Source: a virus. From it: a DNA stretch of 39,675 nt. Numbering within the stretch: the stretch's first letter is position 1; each line of letters starts with the position of its first letter. The notes beneath the pieces were generated by a model. It did not search any database, was not told the DNA's origin, and was given only the letters and a program-made list of their open reading frames with translations. Made by a program: the position numbers and the translations under genes. Below are positions 17,974 through 26,850 of the stretch, piece by piece. Where the stretch lies: IMG/VR virus record IMGVR_UViG_3300034010_000197. One strand, written 5' to 3'.

Positions 17974-18899
17974 TTGACGCAAGCGCACTAACTAAATTTG
18001 GCAATATGACATTAGGAGGCGGTCTAAACGCTGTCCTAGACTTAGACACTTCAAACACAGGATACTCAACTACTGCTCAGGGATGGGCCGGAATAACATT
18101 ATCTGTACCCACAGCTATAGATAAAGTTGAGCTTGTACCTGCGTCAAATGGATTTGATGCTAGTGGATTAACCTCATCTATTACGATAGATCTATACGGT
18201 AAGGTAGGATCATCTCCAACCTCTCCTACAAATGGTACCAAACTAGGTACACTATCTTTTACTGATGTAAACTCTCAGGTATCTAGAACCATTATGTCTA
18301 ATAATAGAGTTACTAATTACGATCATGTATGGGTAGTAATATCAACAGGTGTTTGGGCAGTTGCCTCATCTGTAAAAATATATAGTGTAGTACTGCCTTC
18401 AGCTCCATCAATTATAAACTCTAATCAATACTCATTACAGCGTTCATTGAATACTAATGTACCTCTAAACTGGTATGCTAGTGAGATCCCAGGATTTAGA
18501 ATAGCTACAATTTCAGATGTAGATTCTGTAGCAACATTAACCTTTAGAATGGATGTTATACACAATAACATATACTCAGGGGCAGTAGGTATAGCTGGGC
18601 ACATAGTAGTTAGATCTGGTAGCACATGGCAAGAATGTCAGGCGGCATCATTCTCAGATATCACCAACGCTGTAAGCGGTAAGAATATCATAGACGTTAC
18701 CGATCACTATGGTAACATAAATATCAATATAAAGTACCAACTAGTGGCAAACAGATACTATGAATTCTCTGCATCCGGATCTGCTCACTCAACTGGATCC
18801 TCTGCAAACGGGTTGTGCAGTGTTTTAGCTGAGTACGGTCAGGGCCTCAATGCCTTAATATTAACTGTAAATAAAGGGGAGCTGCTATGCATCCTATAA
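17970..18899 (+). CDS. Hypothetical tail-fibre-module protein (possible receptor-binding or lectin-like)
   Basis: 309 aa, beta-rich and Ser/Thr/Asn-rich, and coupled to the flanking genes. I recognised no catalytic motif. Confidence 0.4.
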   Translation: MIDASALTKFGNMTLGGGLNAVLDLDTSNTGYSTTAQGWAGITLSVPTAIDKVELVPASNGFDASGLTSSITIDLYGKVGSSPTSPTNGTKLGTLSFTDVNSQVSRTIMSNNRVTNYDHVWVVISTGVWAVASSVKIYSVVLPSAPSIINSNQYSLQRSLNTNVPLNWYASEIPGFRIATISDVDSVATLTFRMDVIHNNIYSGAVGIAGHIVVRSGSTWQECQAASFSDITNAVSGKNIIDVTDHYGNININIKYQLVANRYYEFSASGSAHSTGSSANGLCSVLAEYGQGLNALILTVNKGELLCIL

Positions 18900-19123
18900 A
18901 AGAATTAGATGACAAACTAGACAGTGTAATTGAAAAGCTTGAGCGTGTAACCTTTCTTAGTGAAATACTAAAAGAAAAGATAGATGATCTAGAGAATCTT
19001 GAAAATAGAGTAGCTAAAGTAGAAAATTTCCAAAGCTATATGAAGGGTATAATGGTAGCAATATCTGTAGCTGCTGCTAGTGTATCTGGTATGGTAGTAG
19101 ACGCGTTTAGGAGAATGTTTTAA
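18887..19123 (+). CDS. Coiled-coil protein with a C-terminal transmembrane anchor
   Basis: 78 aa. Heptad-like LDDKLDSVIEKLERV...IDDLENLENRVAKVENF is followed by IMVAISVAAASVSGMVV. Confidence 0.45.
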   Translation: MHPIKELDDKLDSVIEKLERVTFLSEILKEKIDDLENLENRVAKVENFQSYMKGIMVAISVAAASVSGMVVDAFRRMF

Positions 19124-20493
19124 TGACCTATATAGACAGGCGTATTGTAAGATTAATACCGGTTGGAACTACTACATTTAGTTCTACTGTGGGCGGTCTT
19201 GTACCAGCTTCTGGATTTGATGACGATAAATTTCTATGCAGTGATAGAACCTGGAAATACGTAACGTCTACATCTATATCTGATTTTAATACGGCTGTGC
19301 AGGCCTTGATAGACGCTTCAGGCGGTGGGGCTGGAGTAACTGATGGTGATAAAGGGGATATCATAGTATCTGGATCAGGATCTGTATGGACTGTGGATTC
19401 TTTACCAATATCTAGAATAACAGATTTACAGACTTCCTTAGATGCTAAAGTTGACGATTCACAAATATCTGCGTTTGGTGCAACTCTAATAGATGATGCC
19501 GATGCAGCTGCTGCTAGAGCAACACTTGAGTTAGGAACATTAGCGACACAGTCTGGAACCTTCTCTGGAACATCTAGCGGAACTAACACCGGTGACCAAA
19601 CAATAACTTTAACGTCAGACGTTACAGGGTCTGGTACGGGCTCTTTTGCAACAACTATTGCTGCTGGTGCTGTATCCCTATCTAAGATGGCTAATATGGC
19701 TACTGCATCTTTTCTTGGTAGAAATACTGCAGGAACTGGTTCTCCAGAGGTATTAAGTGCTTCAACAGCACGTACTATGTTATCTATAAATAACGTAGAG
19801 AACACTGCGCTATCTACATGGTCAGGTTCAACAAACATCACTACGCTTGGTACAGTAGCTACTGGAACTTGGAATGCTACAAACATATCCATAGGTAAAG
19901 GTGGTACTGGTGCTTCTCTAACTGATCCTAACGCGGACAGGCTAATGTTTTGGGATGATTCAGCTGGATCTGTAGCGTGGTTAACGTTAGGTACTAATTT
20001 ATCCATAACAGGCACTACTATAAATGCTACCGGAGGTGGTGGAGGTGGGCTATCAGATGGTGATTATGGGGACATAGTCGTATCTGGTACAGGTACCGTA
20101 ATGACTATAGATTCAGCCGCATCAATTCAAGTTTCTGAAATAGGAGTAGGATCTGCAACAAGCGGTTCTAATGTCTTACAAACTAATGGGGATTTATTAT
20201 TTGATGCTAATGGATCTGGGGACCTAAACGCTAACTTTAATAAGGATTCTTCGGGAGGAAGTGCGCAATTCTTCTTCTCAACGTCGTACTCTACTAGGGC
20301 TATACTAGGTACACAGGGAGATGATAACTTTACATTTAAGACATCTCCAGATGGCTCAACATTCTATACAGGATTGGTTATTAGTAAGGATAATGGTAAC
20401 GTAAACATACCTACAGTAATAACAGAACAGGATGCTAGGGTAGCTACTTTAGCAACTGCCTCTCTACTAACATTTGGCTTAACAATATATTGA
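19123..20493 (+). CDS. Tail fibre protein with an internal duplication
   Basis: 456 aa. Repeats GVTDGDKGDIIVSGSGSVWTVDS and GLSDGDYGDIVVSGTGTVMTIDS. AARATLELG and ARTMLSI motifs are typical of fibre repeats. Confidence 0.7.
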   Translation: MTYIDRRIVRLIPVGTTTFSSTVGGLVPASGFDDDKFLCSDRTWKYVTSTSISDFNTAVQALIDASGGGAGVTDGDKGDIIVSGSGSVWTVDSLPISRITDLQTSLDAKVDDSQISAFGATLIDDADAAAARATLELGTLATQSGTFSGTSSGTNTGDQTITLTSDVTGSGTGSFATTIAAGAVSLSKMANMATASFLGRNTAGTGSPEVLSASTARTMLSINNVENTALSTWSGSTNITTLGTVATGTWNATNISIGKGGTGASLTDPNADRLMFWDDSAGSVAWLTLGTNLSITGTTINATGGGGGGLSDGDYGDIVVSGTGTVMTIDSAASIQVSEIGVGSATSGSNVLQTNGDLLFDANGSGDLNANFNKDSSGGSAQFFFSTSYSTRAILGTQGDDNFTFKTSPDGSTFYTGLVISKDNGNVNIPTVITEQDARVATLATASLLTFGLTIY

Positions 20494-20500
20494 GGATTAA

Positions 20501-20905
20501 ATGGCAACTTCACCAAACTTTACTGCAACACCTAAAATCGCTTGGTCAGGAAACTTGACTACAGGTACTAACACTTATGATGGTACGTCTGGTACTACTG
20601 TAGTATTTACTGCTGGATCATCTGGATCTTTCCTAAGATCATTAGAATTAGAGGCTGCTGGTACAAACGTTGCAACAGTACTAAGGGTATTTATAAATAA
20701 TGGATCGGCTGTAGGTACTGCGTCAAACAACGCCTTAGTAATGCAATACTCTTTGCCTGCTACTACTGCCTCTGCTACTGTAGGAACTCCACATGTTACA
20801 GTCCCACTTAACTTGGCTATTCCAGCTAACTTTGTAGTGAGAGTTGTATTAGCTACATCTGTATCTGCCGGATGGCAAATATCATCAGTACACGGAGATT
20901 ATTAA
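20501..20905 (+). CDS. Hypothetical fibre-module protein
   Basis: 134 aa, beta-rich and Thr/Ser/Ala/Val-rich, with a GAGGA SD. Confidence 0.45.
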   Translation: MATSPNFTATPKIAWSGNLTTGTNTYDGTSGTTVVFTAGSSGSFLRSLELEAAGTNVATVLRVFINNGSAVGTASNNALVMQYSLPATTASATVGTPHVTVPLNLAIPANFVVRVVLATSVSAGWQISSVHGDY

Positions 20906-20906
20906 G

Positions 20907-21875
20907 ATGTACTTCATTAATGGTACCCCATCTATAGCTGATAAGATAAGGATAATCAAACCTGCGAGTGGTACGGCTGGTACTCAGAGTATGATACCAG
21001 TAACTATACCACAATGGGCTTCTGCTGTAATGATTATGGCTATTGGAGCTGGTGGGTCAGGAGCTGGTGGTGGAACTGCAGCATTAGGCGCTGCTGTAGC
21101 TGGAGCTGGCGGTGGTGGTAGCGGTGCGGTAGCTAAATTATTTATACCTACAATTCTATTACCTGGTGTTATATACGTAACTGGAGGTATTGGTGGCGCT
21201 GCGGTAGCAGCTAACACTGCTGGTAATGCTGGTACATCATTATACGTATTGGCCTATCCAGATACTTCGCTAACGGCTAACACTGTAATAATACGGGCCG
21301 ATGGTGGTGGTGGCGGTGCCGTGGCTGGTACTGCGGGTACAGCAGGTGGTGTTGCTACAGCTGCACAGACTATATACGGACAATCTGCTAACTTTGTTCT
21401 AGCTAACTCTGCAGCAGGTTATATTGCTGGTCAGGCAGGCGGTGCTGGAGCTTCGGGTGCTGTGGGTGGTTCTATAGCTATAGCTACTGCTGCTACATCG
21501 CCGTTATTTACAACTGCTGGAACAGCTGGTGGCGGAGTATCTGCTGCTAATGCTACCTTTGCTGGCGGAGCGATAACTGGTTCAGGATTATTATGGTCTC
21601 AGTATGCTGTGGCTGCAGCTCCTGCTGGAGCTAACGGATCTGGTGGAATGGATTTTACAGGATCGCTTTTTGGTAGAGCTACCAAAACGGCCTTGATTGG
21701 AACTGGTGGACTCGGTGGCGGAAGCGTTAGTGGGACATCTGTAACAGCTGGTAGCGGTGGTAATGGAGGACCTGGGTGTGGCGGCGGAGGTGGTGGAGGT
21801 GCCAATGGTACTACCGTTACAGGCGGTGCTGGTGGACGCGGCGGAGACGGATTAGTAATATTTGTATTTATTTAA
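20907..21875 (+). CDS. Glycine-rich domain protein (tail-fibre associated)
   Basis: 322 aa with long GGxGxG/AGGAGG tracts (GAGGSGAGGGTAALGAAVAGAGGGGSG ... GGNGGPGCGGGGGGGANG ... GGAGGRGGDGLVIFVFI), as in phage glycine-rich beta-helix-type domains. Confidence 0.55.
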   Translation: MYFINGTPSIADKIRIIKPASGTAGTQSMIPVTIPQWASAVMIMAIGAGGSGAGGGTAALGAAVAGAGGGGSGAVAKLFIPTILLPGVIYVTGGIGGAAVAANTAGNAGTSLYVLAYPDTSLTANTVIIRADGGGGGAVAGTAGTAGGVATAAQTIYGQSANFVLANSAAGYIAGQAGGAGASGAVGGSIAIATAATSPLFTTAGTAGGGVSAANATFAGGAITGSGLLWSQYAVAAAPAGANGSGGMDFTGSLFGRATKTALIGTGGLGGGSVSGTSVTAGSGGNGGPGCGGGGGGGANGTTVTGGAGGRGGDGLVIFVFI

Positions 21876-21884
21876 AGGTTTAGT

Positions 21885-22325
21885 ATGTTAGCGGGATTAA
21901 TATCGGGTGCTCTATCGCTTGCGGGATCTGGTGTAAAAGGATTCTTCGGAGTTAAAGAGCGTCAATTAGATACTGTACAAAGTGGGATATCAGCACTGAG
22001 TGATGCCAATTCATCTGCTGCACAGAAAGAAAGAGCTATAGCAGACATCATATCTTCAGAGATGCAGAGTGGGTATTGGTTAGCAGCTGTATGGCGTCCA
22101 ATGATAATGGTTGTATTTGCTGGATTGCTTGTGGCTTACTTCTTTGGATATACTACACCAAACTTAATGATGCCAATGCCAGCTAACTCAGTAATAGGTG
22201 AAATATTTAATTTACTTACTATTGGACTAACTGGTTATATACCTGCGAGGACTGTAGAAAAGATCGCTACGCAAATAAACATTGGTAGAGTTCTATCTAA
22301 ATTAATTGAAAAGAACGTCAACTAA
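21885..22325 (+). CDS. Holin, GTA-type 3-TM family
   Basis: 146 aa. Gly-rich N-terminus (MLAGLISGALSLAGSGVKGFFGV), then WRPMIMVVFAGLLVAYFF...IPARTVEKI, matching the W-R-P ... R-T-x-E-K pattern I recall for the 'holin of 3TMs for gene-transfer release' family. Confidence 0.6.
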   Translation: MLAGLISGALSLAGSGVKGFFGVKERQLDTVQSGISALSDANSSAAQKERAIADIISSEMQSGYWLAAVWRPMIMVVFAGLLVAYFFGYTTPNLMMPMPANSVIGEIFNLLTIGLTGYIPARTVEKIATQINIGRVLSKLIEKNVN

Positions 22326-22392
22326 TCGTCGTTAAGTAGATTTAGTATTATTACCATAAATATAAAGATTGATACTAACATTAATAGGTTCA

Positions 22393-22686
22393 TTATACTG
22401 CCTCCTTATTAAGTTCGTCTTCTAATAAAGCTAGTGCTAGGACTAAGCTGCAGGCTGCGTGTGCTATATGGTTTAAGCCGGACTCATCATCCAATTTACC
22501 TACATGTAGATATTTGTACGTATGTCTTAACGATGCTTCAATAAAGTCTTTTGGATCTCCCTGCTTCCAGCATTGATCATCTCCATATTTACTTATACCA
22601 AACTCTCTAACTTTAGATATAGCTTTTAAGGCCTGATATGGAATCAGGCTTAATCTCTCTTTACCCTGTACATCTTTAACTGTCAT
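22393..22686 (-). CDS. dATP/dGTP pyrophosphohydrolase-domain protein (phage dNTP-PPase N-terminal domain family)
   Basis: 97 aa. GKERLSLIPYQALKAISKVREFGISKYG...W...ASLRHTYKYL...DDESGLNHIAHAACSLVLAL fits the family pattern (K.R..L.P..AL..v..v..fG..KYG..NW......RH......D.ESG..HlaH.a.n). Confidence 0.5.
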   Translation of the reverse strand: MTVKDVQGKERLSLIPYQALKAISKVREFGISKYGDDQCWKQGDPKDFIEASLRHTYKYLHVGKLDDESGLNHIAHAACSLVLALALLEDELNKEAV

Positions 22687-22688
22687 GA

Positions 22689-23060
22689 TTAACCTTCTAT
22701 TTTAATTGTTGCAGTTTTTATTATATGTATGGTTCCTATTATATCACCTGGGTTTACTGAGAATGACGTATACTTATTATTTACTAACCCTAGTACAACC
22801 TCACCAGTAGACTCAGAGTCTAATATTGTTATCCCGTTTACCAATGATACGTTACTATTTAGTGATAAGAGTGGATCTATAGACAGTAAGCCTATATGAC
22901 CTTCTGGAAGTGAGATTTTAATACCTGTTGGTATTACTACTGTTGTACCCATACCTATTAATACTGGTAGATTTATACCAGCTGTAACTACGATTTGAGA
23001 ATCATCTGGTCGTATTATATGATCCATATGATTAGCTAATTTAGTTATTTTTACTTTCAT
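22689..23060 (-). CDS. Degenerate dUTPase-fold protein
   Basis: 123 aa, colinear with trimeric dUTPases. Motifs are eroded: AGINL (for AGxDL), IPTGIKISLPEGH retained, ILDSESTGEV (for IDSDYRGE), and no C-terminal GFGSTG motif V. Confidence 0.55.
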   Translation of the reverse strand: MKVKITKLANHMDHIIRPDDSQIVVTAGINLPVLIGMGTTVVIPTGIKISLPEGHIGLLSIDPLLSLNSNVSLVNGITILDSESTGEVVLGLVNNKYTSFSVNPGDIIGTIHIIKTATIKIEG

Positions 23061-23239
23061 GTATTATACTCCTCTATATAACCTAATTTAATTAGCGACT
23101 TAACTACCAGCGCGTGTGATCCGCTGTGACTTAACATTAAGTAACTAAAATCGTTACTTGTAAACTGATTGATTACTTTGTATTCTTTTTTATTTATAGT
23201 GCGTACACTACCAACTTTATATACAAAAACCTTTGTCAT
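23057..23239 (-). CDS. Hypothetical protein
   Basis: 60 aa, with an ATGA overlap with the downstream gene. Confidence 0.45.
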   Translation of the reverse strand: MTKVFVYKVGSVRTINKKEYKVINQFTSNDFSYLMLSHSGSHALVVKSLIKLGYIEEYNT

Positions 23240-23241
23240 GA

Positions 23242-23409
23242 TTACTCCTTGAAGCCTAGTCTACGAGCTTCCTCTACTACTGCCTCCTGTCCGTACTCTA
23301 CTTCTAAGTTTACTACATAGTCTATTGTGCGCTTATCAACTAAGTAAGTAAACATTTTGTCATATGTTAGACGTGTAATAAAACGTTTCTGATTTGTAAA
23401 AACTGTCAT
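23242..23409 (-). CDS. Hypothetical 55-aa protein (not in the ORF track)
   Basis: ATG at 23409 with a GGAG SD 8 nt upstream: MTVFTNQKRFITRLTYDKMF...EEARRLGFKE. Its stop is 2 nt before the next ATG, and it fills an otherwise empty gap. Confidence 0.5.
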   Translation of the reverse strand: MTVFTNQKRFITRLTYDKMFTYLVDKRTIDYVVNLEVEYGQEAVVEEARRLGFKE

Positions 23410-23413
23410 GGCT

Positions 23414-24166
23414 TTACTCCTTTATATTAAAATATTTTGAGCATGATTTGCATAATAGGATCTGCTTACGTCCCGTCTTGTTATAGTATGATCCACGTTT
23501 AATAACATCGTGTGATGAGCAGTGTGGGCATAGGTTTGGCGCATCTACTGCAAATAGATTGCTGTTGATCTTTGTATCTACGTATGGTAATAATCTAATA
23601 AATACTTTCTCAAGAAGCTCTACGTCTACTTTATTGTATTCGGCCATCTTCTTAATTGCCTCGAGATCGCCATTAGCACATCGTACCCAATCCATAGCTT
23701 CCATCTTGTTTTTGACACCCTCACCTAACCAATACCCTATATGATCTAGTTTATTAGTATTTAGTTTGAAATGTTTCTTAACTAATTTGTATGTATCTAT
23801 AGACTGCACAGGTTTTAGTGGATCTAACCCGTTAAGTAATACCCTAGAGTTAAACATCTTAATATCATGCTTATCTCCATAATGAGCTACAGTGTAGTCA
23901 GCCTCGTTATATATCTTAGCGAAAGCTTTGATTACTTCACTATCGTCATAGGGATCTTTCTTAAGATTCTTAGGGAAGTCAGCTGTAGATATTACCTGTG
24001 CTTCGCCTTCTTCAAACCACTTGTATGCTATAGATATTATAGAGTGTGTCTTCTCTATAAAAGGTAGCGTACCCATAGGTCCATTATAGACATTAAAGAA
24101 GTATCCTCTATTAGGTAAATTCTCAATATCCCATATTAATATTTTAGGTTTATTAATTGTTGTCAT
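23414..24166 (-). CDS. DEDD/RNase H-fold exonuclease with a C-terminal Zn-ribbon
   Basis: Preferred start MTTINKPKILIWDIENL (AAGGAG SD 7 nt upstream). DIE exo motif, HYGDKHDIKM, and C-terminal CPHC...CKSC. The track ORF starts upstream at a non-ATG codon. Confidence 0.6.
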   Translation of the reverse strand: MTTINKPKILIWDIENLPNRGYFFNVYNGPMGTLPFIEKTHSIISIAYKWFEEGEAQVISTADFPKNLKKDPYDDSEVIKAFAKIYNEADYTVAHYGDKHDIKMFNSRVLLNGLDPLKPVQSIDTYKLVKKHFKLNTNKLDHIGYWLGEGVKNKMEAMDWVRCANGDLEAIKKMAEYNKVDVELLEKVFIRLLPYVDTKINSNLFAVDAPNLCPHCSSHDVIKRGSYYNKTGRKQILLCKSCSKYFNIKE

Positions 24167-24332
24167 TGTTGTTCTCCTTAGCATTATATCTATTGTACTT
24201 CTGTATTCTATAATTGTCAAGATTTATTATCTCAGCACCTAAATACTTCTTAGTTACTGGGTTTGTTTGTATTGTTGACAGCATAGATAGCTGCATCTTT
24301 AGTAAGTATTCCATAATCATAAACCAGTACAT
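24153..24332 (-). CDS. Hypothetical 59-aa protein (just under the ORF-track cutoff)
   Basis: TAATG stop-start overlap with the primase-helicase stop. GGGAGG SD 6 nt upstream. MYWFMIMEYLLKMQLSML... Confidence 0.45.
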   Translation of the reverse strand: MYWFMIMEYLLKMQLSMLSTIQTNPVTKKYLGAEIINLDNYRIQKYNRYNAKENNNDNN

Positions 24333-25987
24333 TAGAAACCTCCCTTACTTTCTACGGAAGCTTCTACAAGCTTACATCCGTTTGTTGTTTTAAACCCAAT
24401 AGTTCTTCCTAAACTTCCCTGCCTACTCTTTATAACTTCCACCACGAATGTTCCTGGTACATCATCGTAATAATCTGCTTCTATCTTCTCTCTAGGATTG
24501 TCTGGGTCTTTTACTTGTTTTACTGTTCCTGTAACTCTAGCTGATTCCTTATTCCACACTTTTAATATAAGCGCTGCTGTGAATGATATATCTTTACTCT
24601 CACGTGCTTGATCTTGGAATGGGGTATCGCCAGAGGTAAGCTGTGATCCACCTACTATAATATACTTAAACTCATTTGCTAGTTGTCTAAATTTCTCCAC
24701 TATGTTCTTAACTTCTAAGTATCTTTCCTGCCTACCTCTGTTCGCCGGTACTAACTGTAGGTAATCTATGAATATAACCACTTTGCGCTTAAGCGCTGCT
24801 AAATATCTTATTGTCTCCTCAACTTCTTCCACACCTACGTCAGCATCTGTTATGAATAACCTATCTTGTTGGATGTATTTATTTACTTCATCAACTTCTG
24901 GTAATTCATTATTCTGTATCTTTTGTTTATATACTAAGTCATCTTTATAACCTACTGGATCAAAGGCTGTACCATTTAGGGTCTTTATCAACCTTAGTAT
25001 AATCTCATCATTAGGCATCTCGTAAGATAGGTATATACATGCTGTATTAGTCTGTCTTAAAAGATTTGCCATCATGTTTATTTGGAATAGTGACTTACCG
25101 TGGTTGGTACGTCCTGGTATTACTACTAATCCGTGAGTCGGTAGCTTAATATACTTATCCATGCCTGGCCATCCTAGAGATAATCCTTCTTCGATATTCT
25201 CAAACATTGATTGTACATTATCGGTATCTATTATACCTCTAAGCATTGGCTTAGCTACATTCTTACGTGTCTTGTATATCTCAGCTATTGTATCCAAAGA
25301 TAAGTTATCTGCTAGATCTGTCTTTGGTGGTAAGCTACTCACATCTACTAAGTAGATACTCTTACTTTTTAATACTCCGGCTAGTTTATTCATTGCGTCC
25401 TTACCGGCTGGATCGTTATCTGGCCATAGTACTATATCCCTATTATCGATTTTGGCCCAATCCGCTAATAAGACTGCTGTCGCACCACCTTTCCAGCTAA
25501 CAACGTCAGCCTTAGTGAATATTTTAGCGGCTGCATCAGCTGCTTTCTCACCCTCTACCACTAGTACAGGGCGACCATCATCATGCAGGAACTCTGATCT
25601 GTACAAGAAAGGTCCCTTGGTATCTGATGTTACCCACCCCTCATCGGTAAGTATGAATGGGCGTATCCACTTATCATCTCCAGATCCACGTCTAGCTATC
25701 AACATTACGCATTTGTTATCTTTGTAATACTTATGGAATATAGTATCCTCTGATTCAAAGGGTACTTCCCCATCAGGTATTTCGATAGCGTCTGTAATCT
25801 GGACTTTTTCTATCTCATCCTTATCCATGACTATCCTCTCCTTTGTTTGTATGAATTCTTTATAGCCGCAGTGAAAGCACTTGTAGCTATATCCGGATTC
25901 AAATTCTATTACTGAGCATGTAGCTAGATGTTTCTTCTTTCTTGAAGATGCACATTTAGGACATTGCTGTAGGGTTTTATTCAACAT
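24332..25987 (-). CDS. Bifunctional primase-helicase, T7 gp4-like
   Basis: Zn finger CPKC...CFHC. TOPRIM VVVEGEKAADAAA and LWPDNDPAGKD. DnaB-type Walker A IPGRTNHGKS and Walker B VVIFIDYLQL. Confidence 0.9.
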   Translation of the reverse strand: MLNKTLQQCPKCASSRKKKHLATCSVIEFESGYSYKCFHCGYKEFIQTKERIVMDKDEIEKVQITDAIEIPDGEVPFESEDTIFHKYYKDNKCVMLIARRGSGDDKWIRPFILTDEGWVTSDTKGPFLYRSEFLHDDGRPVLVVEGEKAADAAAKIFTKADVVSWKGGATAVLLADWAKIDNRDIVLWPDNDPAGKDAMNKLAGVLKSKSIYLVDVSSLPPKTDLADNLSLDTIAEIYKTRKNVAKPMLRGIIDTDNVQSMFENIEEGLSLGWPGMDKYIKLPTHGLVVIPGRTNHGKSLFQINMMANLLRQTNTACIYLSYEMPNDEIILRLIKTLNGTAFDPVGYKDDLVYKQKIQNNELPEVDEVNKYIQQDRLFITDADVGVEEVEETIRYLAALKRKVVIFIDYLQLVPANRGRQERYLEVKNIVEKFRQLANEFKYIIVGGSQLTSGDTPFQDQARESKDISFTAALILKVWNKESARVTGTVKQVKDPDNPREKIEADYYDDVPGTFVVEVIKSRQGSLGRTIGFKTTNGCKLVEASVESKGGF

Positions 25988-26174
25988 AAATTTTACCAGC
26001 TAACTTACGTGCTCTTATAGATAGTACTTTAGATCTTTCCATCAATAGTTCTACATCTATGATTGCACTTGGGTTATCCTCATTTATAGCTCTAGATGCT
26101 CGTATTGCATCATCGACTGTTGTTTTCAACTCTGAGAGTAAAGTCTCTAGTGAGTATTGTTTAACTGTTTTCAT
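25977..26174 (-). CDS. Hypothetical protein
   Basis: 65 aa, helical, and coupled on both sides. Confidence 0.45.
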   Translation of the reverse strand: MKTVKQYSLETLLSELKTTVDDAIRASRAINEDNPSAIIDVELLMERSKVLSIRARKLAGKIYVE

Positions 26175-26557
26175 TTTATTCTAACTGTACGATTCTCTAT
26201 CTCGCCAGTTTCCCTATCAATTATTATTGCTTCGGCTATTAGGCTTCCCATATAATCGTATATGTGTTCGAATACAATGTCAATATCAAAATCTCTGCAG
26301 CTATATACGTCCATCATTAGTAAGTTTTCCTTATCCCATATATGATATGCTATATGTGACGTAGCTAGGTTTACAGATCCGGTTAATCCTTCGTTTCCTT
26401 CCTCGGATACATATACTGATCTGGCTGGAGTTACTTGTACCATTCCTATTTTCTCTATAAGGGATACCATGAATGTATTTCCTTGTGATTCAGATGTTAT
26501 AGGTAAGGTTACTTTAGCCTTTATTACTAAGTGTTTGTGTATTGGTTTGAATGCCAT
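26171..26557 (-). CDS. AdoMetDC-fold (SpeH-like, pyruvoyl-dependent) decarboxylase homologue
   Basis: 128 aa. GLTGSVNLATSHIAYHIWDKENLLMMDVYSCRDFD aligns with the prokaryotic SpeH core GVSGvvviSESHltIHTWPE....iDlftCG. The processing Ser-His is kept, but the preceding Glu is Thr. Confidence 0.6.
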   Translation of the reverse strand: MAFKPIHKHLVIKAKVTLPITSESQGNTFMVSLIEKIGMVQVTPARSVYVSEEGNEGLTGSVNLATSHIAYHIWDKENLLMMDVYSCRDFDIDIVFEHIYDYMGSLIAEAIIIDRETGEIENRTVRIK

Positions 26558-26566
26558 GTTGTCCTC

Positions 26567-26791
26567 CTATTTATTAATTTTAGATACCATGTTATTAAAG
26601 ATAGCGTCAACTTTCTCTAACTGAGATAAGCTAGTGTGTTCGTTATGTACTATGTTTAAATGATATTTTATAAAACTTTTTAATGCTTTATTTTTTGGAG
26701 AAAAATCTTCTAGGGTATTTACGTTTTTATAAATAGAGCCTAAGATGGTTTTGATTCTGTTCTCGCTAGGTGTTTCTATTATATTTTTCAT
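26567..26791 (-). CDS. Hypothetical protein
   Basis: 74-aa ORF with a CAGGAG SD, downstream of a candidate internal promoter. Confidence 0.45.
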   Translation of the reverse strand: MKNIIETPSENRIKTILGSIYKNVNTLEDFSPKNKALKSFIKYHLNIVHNEHTSLSQLEKVDAIFNNMVSKINK

Positions 26792-26816
26792 TGTTGTTCT
26801 CCTGGGTTATGATTTA

Positions 26817-26845
26817 AGGATACTACGCAATAAAACCGGTGTCAA
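26817..26845 (-). promoter_or_regulatory. Candidate internal sigma70-type promoter
   Basis: On the minus strand: TTGACA (26845-40), 17 nt, TATCCT (26822-17), in the 59-nt gap after the DNA polymerase stop. Confidence 0.4.
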
Positions 26846-26850
26846 CATAT

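Noticed and set aside
19128-20015. 295-aa ORF on the minus strand
   Set aside because: It lies entirely antisense to the well-supported fibre gene 19123..20493. It has no SD, and its low-complexity translation is what a mirror of Gly/Ser/Thr codons produces.
16262-20493. Diversity-generating retroelement acting on the fibre genes
   Set aside because: There is no reverse transcriptase ORF, and I did not notice a template/variable repeat pair with adenine-specific differences.
20984-21805. Pro/Ala-rich minus-strand ORFs (20984..21217 and 21599..21805)
   Set aside because: They are reverse-complement artefacts of the GGN-rich glycine-rich gene.
24768-25727. Four 60-91-aa plus-strand ORFs inside the primase-helicase region
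   Set aside because: All are antisense to a gene with complete Zn-finger, TOPRIM and DnaB motifs, and none has an SD.
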